IMG/VR virus record: IMGVR_UViG_3300032322_002561 | Span: 124,001-188,000 of that record | Length of the DNA: 64,000 bases | Direction: 5' to 3' (one strand) | Shown: one piece after another, positions 21,068 through 31,124 of the stretch | Numbering within the stretch: the first letter of the stretch is position 1 | Layout of the letters: each line of letters opens with the position of its first letter | The notes under the pieces: generated by a model | What the model was told of the DNA's origin: nothing | Seen by the model: the letters and a program-made list of their open reading frames with translations, nothing else | Databases searched by the model: none | Translations under genes and position numbers: made by a program

Positions 21068-23315
21068 AGATAATTCCTTCGCTGTTTAGGCCCGGCAATA
21101 GATGCGTTTCAGTAACAAATTCTATGTGATCTTCGACTAGGTTCACAATGATTGTGCAGTCTCTCAATTGATCAAACAGAATTTTTTTACTAAGTGGCAC
21201 ACGGATCAATTCGTCAATCTTGCGGCTCAAGGGTCTGGCCCCCATTTTAGAATCATAGCCTTTGTCGGCCAAGTATTCTATCACGGGTTCTGTGATGTTG
21301 AGTCTTATGTTTTTGGCCTGCAAACTTCCACGCAGTTCATCCACAAACTTGACCACAATTTTTTTGATGGCCAATGTGTCCAGTTTCTTGAATTTGACAA
21401 TGGCATCTATTCGATTGCGTAGTTCAGGACGGAAAAAATCTTTTAGGGCCTTGTCTTCACTTCCGGTACGTTCAAGTTCAGTACCAAAACCAATATTGTT
21501 GTTTTCATTGTCCCTGGCACCAAGATTGGAAGTCATGATTATGATACAATTTTTAACATCTACCCGTTTGCCATTGGCCGATGAGATATGACCTTCGTCC
21601 AGCATCTGCAACATGATGTTGATGACATCGGGATGAGCTTTTTCAATTTCGTCAAACAGCAATATAGCAAAAGGGTTTTTGCTCACATCGCTGATTAATT
21701 TACCGCCGCCCACATTGCCATCTTCAAAGCCCACATAGCCGGGCGGTGCGCCAATGAGACTGCTCACAGTGTGACGTTCTTGATACTCACTCATGTCATA
21801 TCGCAACAGTTTCATGTCAAGATTTTCCGCCAGGAGTTTGGCCAATTCGGTCTTGCCAGTACCAGTGGGACCAAGGAACAAGAAACTGCTCATGGGTCTA
21901 GCACTGTTGCCTATGCCAGCAAAACTGATGTACACACGATCCAACACAGTGTCCACGGCTGACTCCTGACCATACAGGCGCTGTTTGATATTGCTGTCCA
22001 GTTCCACAATCTTGGCACTGCGTTCATTTTGCAGTTTGTCTGTGGGTACACCTGTGAATCTGGCCACTTGTTCCTGAATCATTGTTCTGGTAATAGTCAC
22101 AGTGCCTTGATCTTTTACTCGTTCTCTGGCACAGGCAGCATCAATAAGATCAATGCTCTTGTCAGGATTTTTGCGATCATGTATGTAGCGGTTGGCATAT
22201 TCCACAGCAGCTGTCATGGCCTCGGTGTCAATTAACACGTCATGAAACTGTTCTAGCCTTGGACTCAATCCAATCAGGATCTGTTCCGTGGTGGCGGCAT
22301 CGGGCTCATCAATGGCCAACCTATAAAATCTACGCATGAGTGCTCGATCTTTTTCAAAGCTTTCGTAGTATTCTTCCCAGGTGGTTGAAGCAATGACCTT
22401 GAGATTGCCTCGTGTGATGGCCGGCTTGAGCATGTTGGCAAAATCCAAGGTACTGTTGCTGCCTGCGCCAGCACCCTTCATGGTATGTGCTTCGTCAATG
22501 AACAGGATGCACTTTTTCTTGGTTTCCAAGGCTGCTATCACGGCCTTGAATTTTTCTTCAAATTCGCCACGATATTTTGACCCAGCCAGCAAAGAGCCTA
22601 TTTCTAGACCCCAGACTTCATAGCCTTGAATAAATCGTGGCACACGTGCGGCCACAATTTCCTGTGCCAGACCATCCACAATGTGTGTTTTGCCTACGCC
22701 AGGATCGCCTACCATGAGCACGTTGGCCTTGAATCTGCGTGCCAGCACTGTGATTAGTTCCTGCACTTCTTCGGCTCGTCCTATCATGGGTTCTAACTTG
22801 TTGGCCTGAGCCAAGGCAGTGAGATTGGTACAGTATTCTTCTAGAATCTCTGTGGCCTGATTGTTGGTGAGCTTTGCATCGTTGTGATTGTAATGTTTTT
22901 GCCAGAACTCTACAAATTCTTGTTTTTTTACTCCGTGCTTGAGCATGAAATACTGTGCATGGCTGTGTGCTTCACTCATGATGCTGAGATATAAATCCAC
23001 AGTGGCCATGCTGCGTCGACCTGTAAACATGACCTGCACATTGGCACGATTGAAAAGACGTTCCAAGGCTTGAGTTTTTCTTGGCTGTAGATTGGGATCT
23101 TCATTAATCAGATTAACAAGACTGCGCAGATAGGCCTGTATTTCAGTTTCCAAAATATCAACTGCTACACCAAATTTTTCCAAGACTTTTCTAAAAGGTG
23201 CATGTTTGATCAAGGCCAGCAACAGATGTTCGGTTAGAACATATTCGTGTTTGAGATCACGGGCTATGCGCACCGCTTCTTCTACAATTGCTTCTATTTC
23301 AGGATTGTTTTGCAT
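21039..23315 (-). CDS. clpA: ATP-dependent Clp protease ATP-binding subunit ClpA
   Basis: Clp N-domain; two AAA+ modules (GDPGVGKT/LFIDEAH; GPTGTGKT/LLFDEIEKAH); IGF loop; 758 aa. Confidence 0.9.
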   Translation of the reverse strand: MQNNPEIEAIVEEAVRIARDLKHEYVLTEHLLLALIKHAPFRKVLEKFGVAVDILETEIQAYLRSLVNLINEDPNLQPRKTQALERLFNRANVQVMFTGRRSMATVDLYLSIMSEAHSHAQYFMLKHGVKKQEFVEFWQKHYNHNDAKLTNNQATEILEEYCTNLTALAQANKLEPMIGRAEEVQELITVLARRFKANVLMVGDPGVGKTHIVDGLAQEIVAARVPRFIQGYEVWGLEIGSLLAGSKYRGEFEEKFKAVIAALETKKKCILFIDEAHTMKGAGAGSNSTLDFANMLKPAITRGNLKVIASTTWEEYYESFEKDRALMRRFYRLAIDEPDAATTEQILIGLSPRLEQFHDVLIDTEAMTAAVEYANRYIHDRKNPDKSIDLIDAACARERVKDQGTVTITRTMIQEQVARFTGVPTDKLQNERSAKIVELDSNIKQRLYGQESAVDTVLDRVYISFAGIGNSARPMSSFLFLGPTGTGKTELAKLLAENLDMKLLRYDMSEYQERHTVSSLIGAPPGYVGFEDGNVGGGKLISDVSKNPFAILLFDEIEKAHPDVINIMLQMLDEGHISSANGKRVDVKNCIIIMTSNLGARDNENNNIGFGTELERTGSEDKALKDFFRPELRNRIDAIVKFKKLDTLAIKKIVVKFVDELRGSLQAKNIRLNITEPVIEYLADKGYDSKMGARPLSRKIDELIRVPLSKKILFDQLRDCTIIVNLVEDHIEFVTETHLLPGLNSEGIICVDSISNQD

Positions 23316-23362
23316 GGATGTCAGTTAGTTTGTGTTTAGTATATAGCAGGCCAAAGGTTTTG

Positions 23363-24136
23363 TCAAACTCTATGCTTTTTTATTGCGGCAATTATTTCTG
23401 GAGCAATCTGGGATGGCAAATAGGTACCAAGCCTCACAAACACGTCGCCTTGATTATTGTTGCGATCTCGCAGACCTTGACCACGCAAACGCAACAATGT
23501 GCCGGGTTGAGTTCCTGCTGGAATAGCGGCCGACAACGAGGCATTGGTTATACTGGTAAGATTCAAGGAGCCGCCCAAGATCAAGTCCCACACTGGAACC
23601 TTTTGATCAATTATGAGATTGAGACCGTGTCGTTCCCACTGCTGATGTGGATGCACTCTGAATTGTACTACCAAATCAGATCCACCAGGACCAATTCCAG
23701 CATATTGAACGTTGTCACCGTCATTGATGCCCACGGGTATATCTATAGACACTGTGCTGGTGCCAGACGTGGTGCCAAGATTGACAGTTCTTGAGCCGCC
23801 CAGGGCCACATCATTCAGAGTTATCCATAGTGTCAATCTAACATGACCTGGACCTCTGCGTGACTGATGATGGAAATTTTGTCCAAACATGCTGAACAAA
23901 TCGTTGAAGTCAAACCCAGCATTGCCAAATCCTGCAAAATTGGTTTGTGGATTATCGTAACCAGATCGTCGTTGCGGGTCACTCAAGACATCGTAGGCTT
24001 CTTGAATTTCTTGAAATTGTTTGGTATCACCACCTCGGTCCGGATGGTGTTGTGCAGCCAAACGCCGATAAGCACGTTTTATGTCATCGGCATTGGCTGT
24101 ACGATCTACGCCTAAAGTTTGATAGTAATTTTTCAT
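23363..24136 (-). CDS. DnaJ-class co-chaperone without Zn finger (CbpA-like)
   Basis: J-domain HHPD, G/F region, DnaJ C-terminal LRLRGQG. Confidence 0.9.
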   Translation of the reverse strand: MKNYYQTLGVDRTANADDIKRAYRRLAAQHHPDRGGDTKQFQEIQEAYDVLSDPQRRSGYDNPQTNFAGFGNAGFDFNDLFSMFGQNFHHQSRRGPGHVRLTLWITLNDVALGGSRTVNLGTTSGTSTVSIDIPVGINDGDNVQYAGIGPGGSDLVVQFRVHPHQQWERHGLNLIIDQKVPVWDLILGGSLNLTSITNASLSAAIPAGTQPGTLLRLRGQGLRDRNNNQGDVFVRLGTYLPSQIAPEIIAAIKKHRV

Positions 24137-24184
24137 TGCTTCACAAGTAATTATACAACTTATACTTGGTGAGAGCGATATTTT

Positions 24185-24370
24185 TTATTTCTTTTTGTCA
24201 GGAACCGGAGTACCTTCAAGTTTTTTATGAACCTTGATGTCTTTGCACACTTCTTTTTTGGTTTTTTCATCCTTTTTGCAAACACGTTTGGTCTCACCAG
24301 CGGCATTGGCCACGGTAATAAAACTCACAGCTATAACTGTGGCCCAACAAATTTTTACGATTGCGTTCAT
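24185..24370 (-). CDS. small exported protein
   Basis: Signal peptide ending ANA; Cys pair; SD AAGGA. Confidence 0.65.
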   Translation of the reverse strand: MNAIVKICWATVIAVSFITVANAAGETKRVCKKDEKTKKEVCKDIKVHKKLEGTPVPDKKK

Positions 24371-24382
24371 GATTGTTTCCTT

Positions 24383-24844
24383 TTAGATTTCAGGGTGTGG
24401 CGGCTGTTGTGGAGCCGCAAAGGGTGAAGGCTTTGGTGCCGGTGCGGCAAAGGCGGGTGCTGTACTCATGCTATTGCCACCTAATGGTACTGAGCCAAAA
24501 CTGGGTGCAGGAGCCGCCACCGGTGCGCCAAATGCAGGCGCAGGACCACCGGCCTTGTCATTTAGCTTTTCTTGTGTGCGACCATATGCGGCAATACCCA
24601 ATATGGCACCCATGGCGATGTGGAACAGGCCAGCACCTTGAAGTGTGATAGGCATCCACTGACTTTCTACTTTGCCATCACCCAAGGTCTGGACCAGGCT
24701 CCATAATATAGGAAATATCACAAAGTCCATGGTACACACCAACATGTACATCCAACCCATGGCTGGACGCCATTTTTTGTTCATCCAATCTTCTTTGGCT
24801 TTGTCTGAATCAGACATTTTTGCATACTCTTCGGCTGTGGCCAT
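24383..24844 (-). CDS. 3TM holin-like membrane protein
   Basis: KWRPAMGWMY, hydrophobic helices, GRTQEK. Confidence 0.7.
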   Translation of the reverse strand: MATAEEYAKMSDSDKAKEDWMNKKWRPAMGWMYMLVCTMDFVIFPILWSLVQTLGDGKVESQWMPITLQGAGLFHIAMGAILGIAAYGRTQEKLNDKAGGPAPAFGAPVAAPAPSFGSVPLGGNSMSTAPAFAAPAPKPSPFAAPQQPPHPEI

Positions 24845-24881
24845 TTGTTGCTCCTTTTATAATTTTTATTATGTGCTACTA

Positions 24882-25142
24882 TTATACTGCACTGGCTATA
24901 GCAACCAAGGCAGTTATAGCTGTATTTAACCTTTGCTTGGTTTCAAATTCGGACATGTTTTCTGTGATAGTGATCTGACGCTGTAGATCTAATAAGAGTT
25001 CTGCGTATTCTGCTTGACTGATGTTGCCGGCACGCAGTTCTTCGCCATAGGCCGCTGTGGCCGTGGCTACCATACGAGTATTTTCATCGTCGGGATTGTT
25101 CAAGATATGTAGCACTTCCGTTTCCCATTGTTGCCAAGTCAT
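24882..25142 (-). CDS. hypothetical protein (MTWQQWE...)
   Basis: SD AAGGAG before ATG 25142; track start is over-extended. Confidence 0.7.
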   Translation of the reverse strand: MTWQQWETEVLHILNNPDDENTRMVATATAAYGEELRAGNISQAEYAELLLDLQRQITITENMSEFETKQRLNTAITALVAIASAV

Positions 25143-25152
25143 TGTGTTCTCC

Positions 25153-26028
25153 TTATTCAGTGGGTTGTGGTCGTAACAAACGACTCCAGCGTTGTAACCA
25201 GCTGGGTTCTTTTTTGATCTCGGGTTCTGGTCGCTTTTCGGGCTCGGGCGGAGGCTTGGGCATGTCTTTGAATTCCGTCTCGCGACCTTGACCAGCACCA
25301 CCCTTCCAAAAAGCCTGACCCATGGCTGTTTGTGCTGTGCCTGGCACGATGTCATTGCCTAATTTTCTGGCAAAGTTATACATGGCCGATGCTAACCCTT
25401 GTCTTCTGTAGCGTTCATCAACATTTAGCATGACTGGCCTTAAATTCCAGTCATTGGTTTCTTTGTTGAATCGAGCATAGAAGCGCACTTCGGCTATGCC
25501 ATAGCGTTGGGCCATCCAGTTTTTGTCAGCAGGATCAAATATTCTTATACTGATACCGCGGCTGTCTCGCATGGCTGGATCTGGGTCATTCTTCCAGGGT
25601 TCCATGCCTGTGGCACGAATTGTGAATCCATTGGGCAGTTGACGCTCTATTTCAAAGCCATCTTTAACTGTGTCAGGATTGATTTTTTCTTGTAGATATT
25701 CATTGTCTTCCCATACCGTGGCTTCTGCGCCGCGATGTTTATCCCAAAAGCTCCGACCAGCGTCAGTCTGATCCCAACTGCGGACGATGGTATAGCCTTG
25801 GCTTTTTAAATAATCATACATGGCGGCCGCAATGCCTTGACCGTGATAGCGTTCATCTACCCATACCGTTTGTGGATCTAATCTACCTTCATCATCGTAG
25901 AAAAATTCTGCCATGCCCAATTCTCTGGCACCATCTGCACCATAGGCTCGTATGGCCACACCATCCGCATCCTTGCTTATTTTAAGGCTCATGCCTTCAT
26001 AATCTTTCACAAACTCTTGGGCTCTCAT
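25153..26028 (-). CDS. tandem GNAT acetyltransferase polyprotein
   Basis: Two units VDERY[HR]xQG[IL]AxAMY...QTxxGxxFW; leader MRAQEF; linker VWE/DNEYLQE. Confidence 0.8.
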   Translation of the reverse strand: MRAQEFVKDYEGMSLKISKDADGVAIRAYGADGARELGMAEFFYDDEGRLDPQTVWVDERYHGQGIAAAMYDYLKSQGYTIVRSWDQTDAGRSFWDKHRGAEATVWEDNEYLQEKINPDTVKDGFEIERQLPNGFTIRATGMEPWKNDPDPAMRDSRGISIRIFDPADKNWMAQRYGIAEVRFYARFNKETNDWNLRPVMLNVDERYRRQGLASAMYNFARKLGNDIVPGTAQTAMGQAFWKGGAGQGRETEFKDMPKPPPEPEKRPEPEIKKEPSWLQRWSRLLRPQPTE

Positions 26029-27869
26029 AGGCTGTAGGGATCCACTATAACAAGATGACCGTTGTTGCGTCGGCCAAGATTTTCCACTGCTGATAAATCC
26101 AGGGGTGCCTGCCCACCCAGAGCTTGGATCATGTGTTCGGTGGCCTGCAACAAGCCTGCCAGTTGTTGTTGTCCAATTTCATCGGGCACAGGATTCTGTT
26201 TCACAAACTCTGGACCCTGACCTCGATCCACGGCACTCATTAGTTTTTCAATGTAGTCCAAGGTAGCTTCTTCGTTGGCCACGTAGTTCACACGTTCCAT
26301 TTCATACACAAAGTAGGTTTCACCGTCCACTGTGAAGTTGCCTGAGTTGTAGATCCTGGGATAGAAAGGATTGCGTTGATTTTGCTCAAAGAAACGCACA
26401 TAGTTTTTTACAATCTGTTCACGTTCTGGATCACCAGTGCCTAGCACTTTGACTATGGTACCTCGCGGACTTTCAAACGCCATCTGGTCGCGTCCTTCAC
26501 CAGCTAACTCATAGCCACGCTGGAAAAAATATTCTTGTATTCTATCACTGACAGTGAGTTCGTCAGGATAGTTGACTTCATTTACCTGTGCCACGGGTCT
26601 CCAGGCCTGGATATAGTCACGATTCAATAGATACTTTGCGGCCCAAGCACGATGATTGCCATCTATGATGTAGCGATCAGCATCTATTACAATGGGTTTC
26701 CGGTCTACCAAGTGAGCACTGACTTCGCCAGCATGGCCAGGTTCTACCATCATTACTCTGCCGTAGGGATCACTTTCAGGTTCGTCGTCATCGTAGTCCA
26801 CGTCATCGTATTCTTGATCAGGTATGTTAAGGTTAAGTAGTGGAACTTGAACCAGTTCCCACTGTGGGTGTGCTAACACAGCTCGGGCTAACTTGTCTGT
26901 CATGGGTTCGTGATGTGTCTTGTTTATGTAAGCCAGGACTTGTTTCGCTGTGGCTTGCTGTGCTTCTTGAATAGGTTGCCGTTTTCTAAATATGCTGTAT
27001 AGAATAGGAAAATCTTCGTCGCCTACCATGTCCTGTACCAAGGGTCGGGCACCACCTTCACGCTGGATAAAATCCTGATACACCTGTTGATACACAGCTT
27101 CAGGATCTCTGCGATAGTCTGCACTGCTTTTACAGTCGCTGGTGAATCCTTCAAAGTGTATGCGATAGGCTCCTATGTCTTCCACACCACAGTCGTCAGG
27201 ATTTAGGCTGTCTAGGAACTGTTCTATGGCTCTAGGTATGCGTGCTTCTTTGAGATTTTGTTGTCGATCCAGGTAGTACAAATTCCAGCCAGGAGGATGT
27301 TCAGTCGATGCCCGCCATTCTGGGCCCAGGACACGCTGTAGCAAAGGCAGTAATCGGTCATAGAGTTTCGCACGGCTGGTGTCAGTGCCTATGGACTTGT
27401 ACCAAACTCGCTTGGGTTTGTAATAAGCCACTGCTTCGGGCAATCTAGCAAGTATCACATTGATAGCAGACATCAAGGTCTGGGTACTGCCTGGTTTGCC
27501 CTTGTCTTTTTCCAATGCAAATCCACGACCGTCCACACTGAAGTTTATTTCTAATCCCTTGGCGGTATTTTTAAAAAACACTTCTAGGTTGTGTTCACCA
27601 GCCTTGGTCTTAAATCTACTACGACTCTGGTGTGCGGCAGGTTCACTTTTTACTGGGCGATCAAATATTTCTTCTAGATTTTTAAAATCGCGAATCCAGG
27701 TCCATCTTGTGTCGGCGTCAATCCATTTCACACCCATGCTATTACGTTTATGCGGTTCGGTATCTATCAGCCAGTCACCCTTTTCGTCTCTGCGGAGGAT
27801 TCTTACCACCTGGCCTGTGCGTTCTAATTTACCCATGCGAAATGGTGCGGCAAATTCTTCAGCTCTCAT
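26025..27869 (-). CDS. multi-module protein with ParB/Srx-like and protein-kinase-like domains
   Basis: Leader MRAEEF; IIDGNHRAWAA; GEGRD..VKV..YEMERV..DL...NLG..IVDP. Confidence 0.7.
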   Translation of the reverse strand: MRAEEFAAPFRMGKLERTGQVVRILRRDEKGDWLIDTEPHKRNSMGVKWIDADTRWTWIRDFKNLEEIFDRPVKSEPAAHQSRSRFKTKAGEHNLEVFFKNTAKGLEINFSVDGRGFALEKDKGKPGSTQTLMSAINVILARLPEAVAYYKPKRVWYKSIGTDTSRAKLYDRLLPLLQRVLGPEWRASTEHPPGWNLYYLDRQQNLKEARIPRAIEQFLDSLNPDDCGVEDIGAYRIHFEGFTSDCKSSADYRRDPEAVYQQVYQDFIQREGGARPLVQDMVGDEDFPILYSIFRKRQPIQEAQQATAKQVLAYINKTHHEPMTDKLARAVLAHPQWELVQVPLLNLNIPDQEYDDVDYDDDEPESDPYGRVMMVEPGHAGEVSAHLVDRKPIVIDADRYIIDGNHRAWAAKYLLNRDYIQAWRPVAQVNEVNYPDELTVSDRIQEYFFQRGYELAGEGRDQMAFESPRGTIVKVLGTGDPEREQIVKNYVRFFEQNQRNPFYPRIYNSGNFTVDGETYFVYEMERVNYVANEEATLDYIEKLMSAVDRGQGPEFVKQNPVPDEIGQQQLAGLLQATEHMIQALGGQAPLDLSAVENLGRRNNGHLVIVDPYSL

Positions 27870-28453
27870 GTTCTATGATACTCCGACGCTTGGCCATTGG
27901 GATCCACATGCCAGGCATAGAATCGGCTCCAAGGATATTCTTGTTTGAGGCTTAGGAACGCATTCAAGTTGGGCACTGAATCATCGTACATGATCAGCTT
28001 GTCAAAGTGTTCCTTGCCCAACAAGTGCCGTAGTATGATCTTTTTCTTTTCTTCTGTGGCGGCCTTGATGGCCAGGTTGCCAGCACGATACACATGTACT
28101 TTGTCCATGTTGATACCAAAGCGTCTAAAGGTATCTAGGAATATGTCTCGATCGTTGAAGTCCGATCTGGCAGTGAGCATGATCACTCGATTGCCCGTGG
28201 CTATGTCGTGCTTGAGTTGTTTGATCATGCCAGGTATGGGTCGTGCCTTGGTAAAAAACTCTCGGGCATCTTGAAACTCACCAAAGTCAAATGTTTCACC
28301 GGGTTGTAGTCGGTAGTGTGTGAAGTCGTGACTGTTTAATTTTTTGACAATTTTCCCATCACGAACTACACCTACCTGGGTGTCGGTGTTGACCAAGGTA
28401 TCGTCAATGTCAAATATGACTAGTTTTTCGTTTCCAAGTTCGCTGGCTCTCAT
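27866..28453 (-). CDS. HAD-superfamily phosphatase
   Basis: IFDIDDTL, LTAR, K, YDDS; leader MRASEL. Confidence 0.85.
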   Translation of the reverse strand: MRASELGNEKLVIFDIDDTLVNTDTQVGVVRDGKIVKKLNSHDFTHYRLQPGETFDFGEFQDAREFFTKARPIPGMIKQLKHDIATGNRVIMLTARSDFNDRDIFLDTFRRFGINMDKVHVYRAGNLAIKAATEEKKKIILRHLLGKEHFDKLIMYDDSVPNLNAFLSLKQEYPWSRFYAWHVDPNGQASEYHRT

Positions 28454-28457
28454 ACAC

Positions 28458-28865
28458 TTATTTACGCGGCCTGCCGGCTGTTACTCGCTGTATGAGCATG
28501 GCACTGTTTTCTATGCTCACATACTTTAATCTGCAGAATGTGGCACTTACTGTGCCTTTAGCATAGGCTGTGTTGAGTCCTTGGGCTATTTCGTTGAGTG
28601 CCTGGGCACTTTTGTAGCCATTCTCATTGCGGGGTATTTGCTGACTGTATTTTTCATACAAGTTGGTCTTGCGAGCCATGGCTTCGGCATTGACCGGAGC
28701 CAGTACTGGGTTGGCACACTGCTCGCGATACTGACCTGCGTCCACACGTATTTCTGTAATCAGCAGGTATTCGTTGGCGTCGTAGGGTGCCATGAAGTAG
28801 GCATCCCACAAGGCACAGCCACTGAGGACAGTGGCTGTGATCAAGGCTAAAACAAATTTACGCAT
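28458..28865 (-). CDS. lipoprotein
   Basis: Lipobox LSGC after a basic/hydrophobic signal. Confidence 0.75.
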   Translation of the reverse strand: MRKFVLALITATVLSGCALWDAYFMAPYDANEYLLITEIRVDAGQYREQCANPVLAPVNAEAMARKTNLYEKYSQQIPRNENGYKSAQALNEIAQGLNTAYAKGTVSATFCRLKYVSIENSAMLIQRVTAGRPRK

Positions 28866-30142
28866 CAGTGAAACTGCTCCTCCTCTGTGCTTCCTTTTAA
28901 TGCCTGGGTACTTGCATCCGCTTCGATGGTTGTGGTGAGCCGGTCAAAGTATCCCGTTCCCACTTCTCGTTGATGCTTGACCGCTTCAAAGCCTCGGGCA
29001 CCGTCTGTGAATTCTTTTTGTTGTAGTTCCACAAACGCAGACATGCCACGGCGAGCATACCCATGAGCCAGATCAAACATGCCGTGATTAAGAGCATGAA
29101 ACCCAGCCAGAGTAATGAATTGGAACTTGTAGCCCATTGCACCCAGCTCTCGCTGGAAAATAGATATTGTTGTATCATCTAGGTTTTTCTTCCAGTTAAA
29201 CGATGGTGAGCAGTTGTATGCCAACATCTTGTTGGGATATTTGTCATGTATCGCATCTGCGAAACGTTTGGCAAAATCCAAATCTGGTGTACCTGTTTCG
29301 CACCAGATCAAATCAGCATAGGCCGCATAAGCTAGGCCACGACTGACTGCTTGTTCAAAGCCGTTGCGTGTGACGTAGAAGCCTTCCACGGTGCGCTCGC
29401 CTGTGAGGAACGGTCGGTCATTTTCATCCACATCAGTTGTGACAAGTCCAGCGGCTTCGGCATCAGTGCGTGCCAACAACACAGTAGGCACACCACACAC
29501 ATCAGCGGCTAATCTTGCCGCATTGAGCTTGTTGACTGCTTCACGTGTGGGTATCAGGACCTTGCCGCCCATGTGTCCACATTTCTTGGCTGATGCAAGT
29601 TGGTCTTCAAAATGCACGCCCGCGGCACCGGCTTCGATCATGCTTTTCATTAATTCATATGCGTTAAGCACACCACCAAATCCAGATTCAGCATCGGCCA
29701 CGATGGGTTGGAAAAAATCCGTCTCGCCTGAGTCTTCCATCCACTGGATCTGATCAGCACGTGTGAATGTGTTGTTGATCTTGCGCACCATCTCGGGCAC
29801 TGAATTCACTGCATATAGACTTTGATCCGGATACATCTGTCCCGACGTGTTGGCGTCAGCAGCCACTTGCCAACCACTTAGGTAAATTCCCTTGAGTCCG
29901 GCCTTGACCTGTTGTAGTGCCTGCATGCCTGTGAGCGCACCCAAGGTGGCCACATAGGGTTCTTCCAGGAGACTCATCCATAGTTTGTCGGCACCACGTT
30001 GTGCTAGACTGTATTCCACAGGATTTGATCCTTGTAGGTCAACAACTTGTTCTGCTGTATAATTTCTCTTGATGTGATCCCAACGTGGATTGGTTTCCCA
30101 TTCTTTTTTGATTACTGCTGCTCGGGCCTTTTTGTTAGGCAT
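28865..30142 (-). CDS. aceA: isocitrate lyase
   Basis: [57 protein letters not shown]. Confidence 0.97.
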   Translation of the reverse strand: MPNKKARAAVIKKEWETNPRWDHIKRNYTAEQVVDLQGSNPVEYSLAQRGADKLWMSLLEEPYVATLGALTGMQALQQVKAGLKGIYLSGWQVAADANTSGQMYPDQSLYAVNSVPEMVRKINNTFTRADQIQWMEDSGETDFFQPIVADAESGFGGVLNAYELMKSMIEAGAAGVHFEDQLASAKKCGHMGGKVLIPTREAVNKLNAARLAADVCGVPTVLLARTDAEAAGLVTTDVDENDRPFLTGERTVEGFYVTRNGFEQAVSRGLAYAAYADLIWCETGTPDLDFAKRFADAIHDKYPNKMLAYNCSPSFNWKKNLDDTTISIFQRELGAMGYKFQFITLAGFHALNHGMFDLAHGYARRGMSAFVELQQKEFTDGARGFEAVKHQREVGTGYFDRLTTTIEADASTQALKGSTEEEQFH

Positions 30143-30143
30143 T

Positions 30144-30482
30144 TTACTTCTCCTCTTCTTTGCGTGTCATGTACTTGTCCATGATGGCGTTACCGACCCA
30201 CACGGCCATGTAACCTACAAAATACCATTCTGGAAAGTTACCTGGATTGTTTATCAATATGTAGATAAATCCCCAGGTGCTGATTACCCAAGCGCCGAAT
30301 CTTGTGAATTTCTTCTCGTCGAGTTTGCCCTCAGTCGATACCAGATCTTTTAGGTCCAGCTCATCATTGGGATTACGTGTCATTGTTACCAAGGTAATGA
30401 TAATAATGAGCACCATCAGAGCCAACAACAATTCCATGGTGTTGGCCGCTGTAAAATAGTTCATGAAAGTTTCAAAGGTCAT
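30144..30482 (-). CDS. membrane protein, putative holin
   Basis: Three hydrophobic segments and charged C-terminus; follows spanins; start 30482 overlaps upstream stop. Confidence 0.55.
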   Translation of the reverse strand: MTFETFMNYFTAANTMELLLALMVLIIIITLVTMTRNPNDELDLKDLVSTEGKLDEKKFTRFGAWVISTWGFIYILINNPGNFPEWYFVGYMAVWVGNAIMDKYMTRKEEEK

Positions 30483-30781
30483 TTGCTGATACTTTCGTAG
30501 ATTTTTCGTTGTTCGTCGTACCACTGTTGCCAGCCGTCAGTACGGTTCTTGCACTCGTAGTAGAGCGCATAGTTGGCCACAACCACTTCTAACAGGCTAC
30601 TTAGCTGGTGGTCTTGTGGGTTGACTTGTGCTAGGGCGGGGCAAGGTTCCCGTAGTTCCTGTGGAACTTCCGGAAACTTTATTTTGACTGGCGCTGTTGA
30701 GCAACTCGATAGCAACATCAGGCACACGACACTCAGCATCAATCTTACTTGCATTAGCCCTAATAGCGGCTTGGTTTGCAT
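30479..30781 (-). CDS. o-spanin (Rz1-like lipoprotein)
   Basis: Lipobox LSSC, Pro-rich, overlaps the i-spanin in another frame; exact start uncertain. Confidence 0.75.
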   Translation of the reverse strand: MQTKPLLGLMQVRLMLSVVCLMLLSSCSTAPVKIKFPEVPQELREPCPALAQVNPQDHQLSSLLEVVVANYALYYECKNRTDGWQQWYDEQRKIYESISK

Positions 30782-31124
30782 TTTTTACTTCCTGTGTTAA
30801 ACGTTTGTTTTGAGACAACTGATCCGACAACTTCTTGTTGGCTTCAGCACTTTGTTTCTCTGCCGTGGCGACCCGGGCTTCTAGTTCCTTCACACGCTCG
30901 CGCCAACTACGTTCTACATCAGCGCCGCCCTTGAAGTACACACCTAATACTAAACATACAACTCCGATGAGCTGTATGGGTCCGCGATATAAATTAAAAT
31001 AAGGTACCCAGCGAGCAATCCATGAAGCACTGATGCCCACCAGACCCACTATGATCAGACCATTGACTAAAACAGTGATCAGCCAGTCAGGTATCAAACT
31101 CCAAAGGAACGCCAGTTGCCACAT
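30597..31124 (-). CDS. i-spanin (Rz-like)
   Basis: N-terminal TM helices, coiled coil, C-terminal Cys; directly after endolysin. Confidence 0.75.
   Translation of the reverse strand: MWQLAFLWSLIPDWLITVLVNGLIIVGLVGISASWIARWVPYFNLYRGPIQLIGVVCLVLGVYFKGGADVERSWRERVKELEARVATAEKQSAEANKKLSDQLSQNKRLTQEVKNANQAAIRANASKIDAECRVPDVAIELLNSASQNKVSGSSTGTTGTLPRPSTSQPTRPPAK

Noticed and set aside
28865-30142. Host chromosomal contamination explaining aceA, clpA, nadE or infA
   Set aside because: These genes abut or overlap clearly viral genes and share the phage promoter motifs
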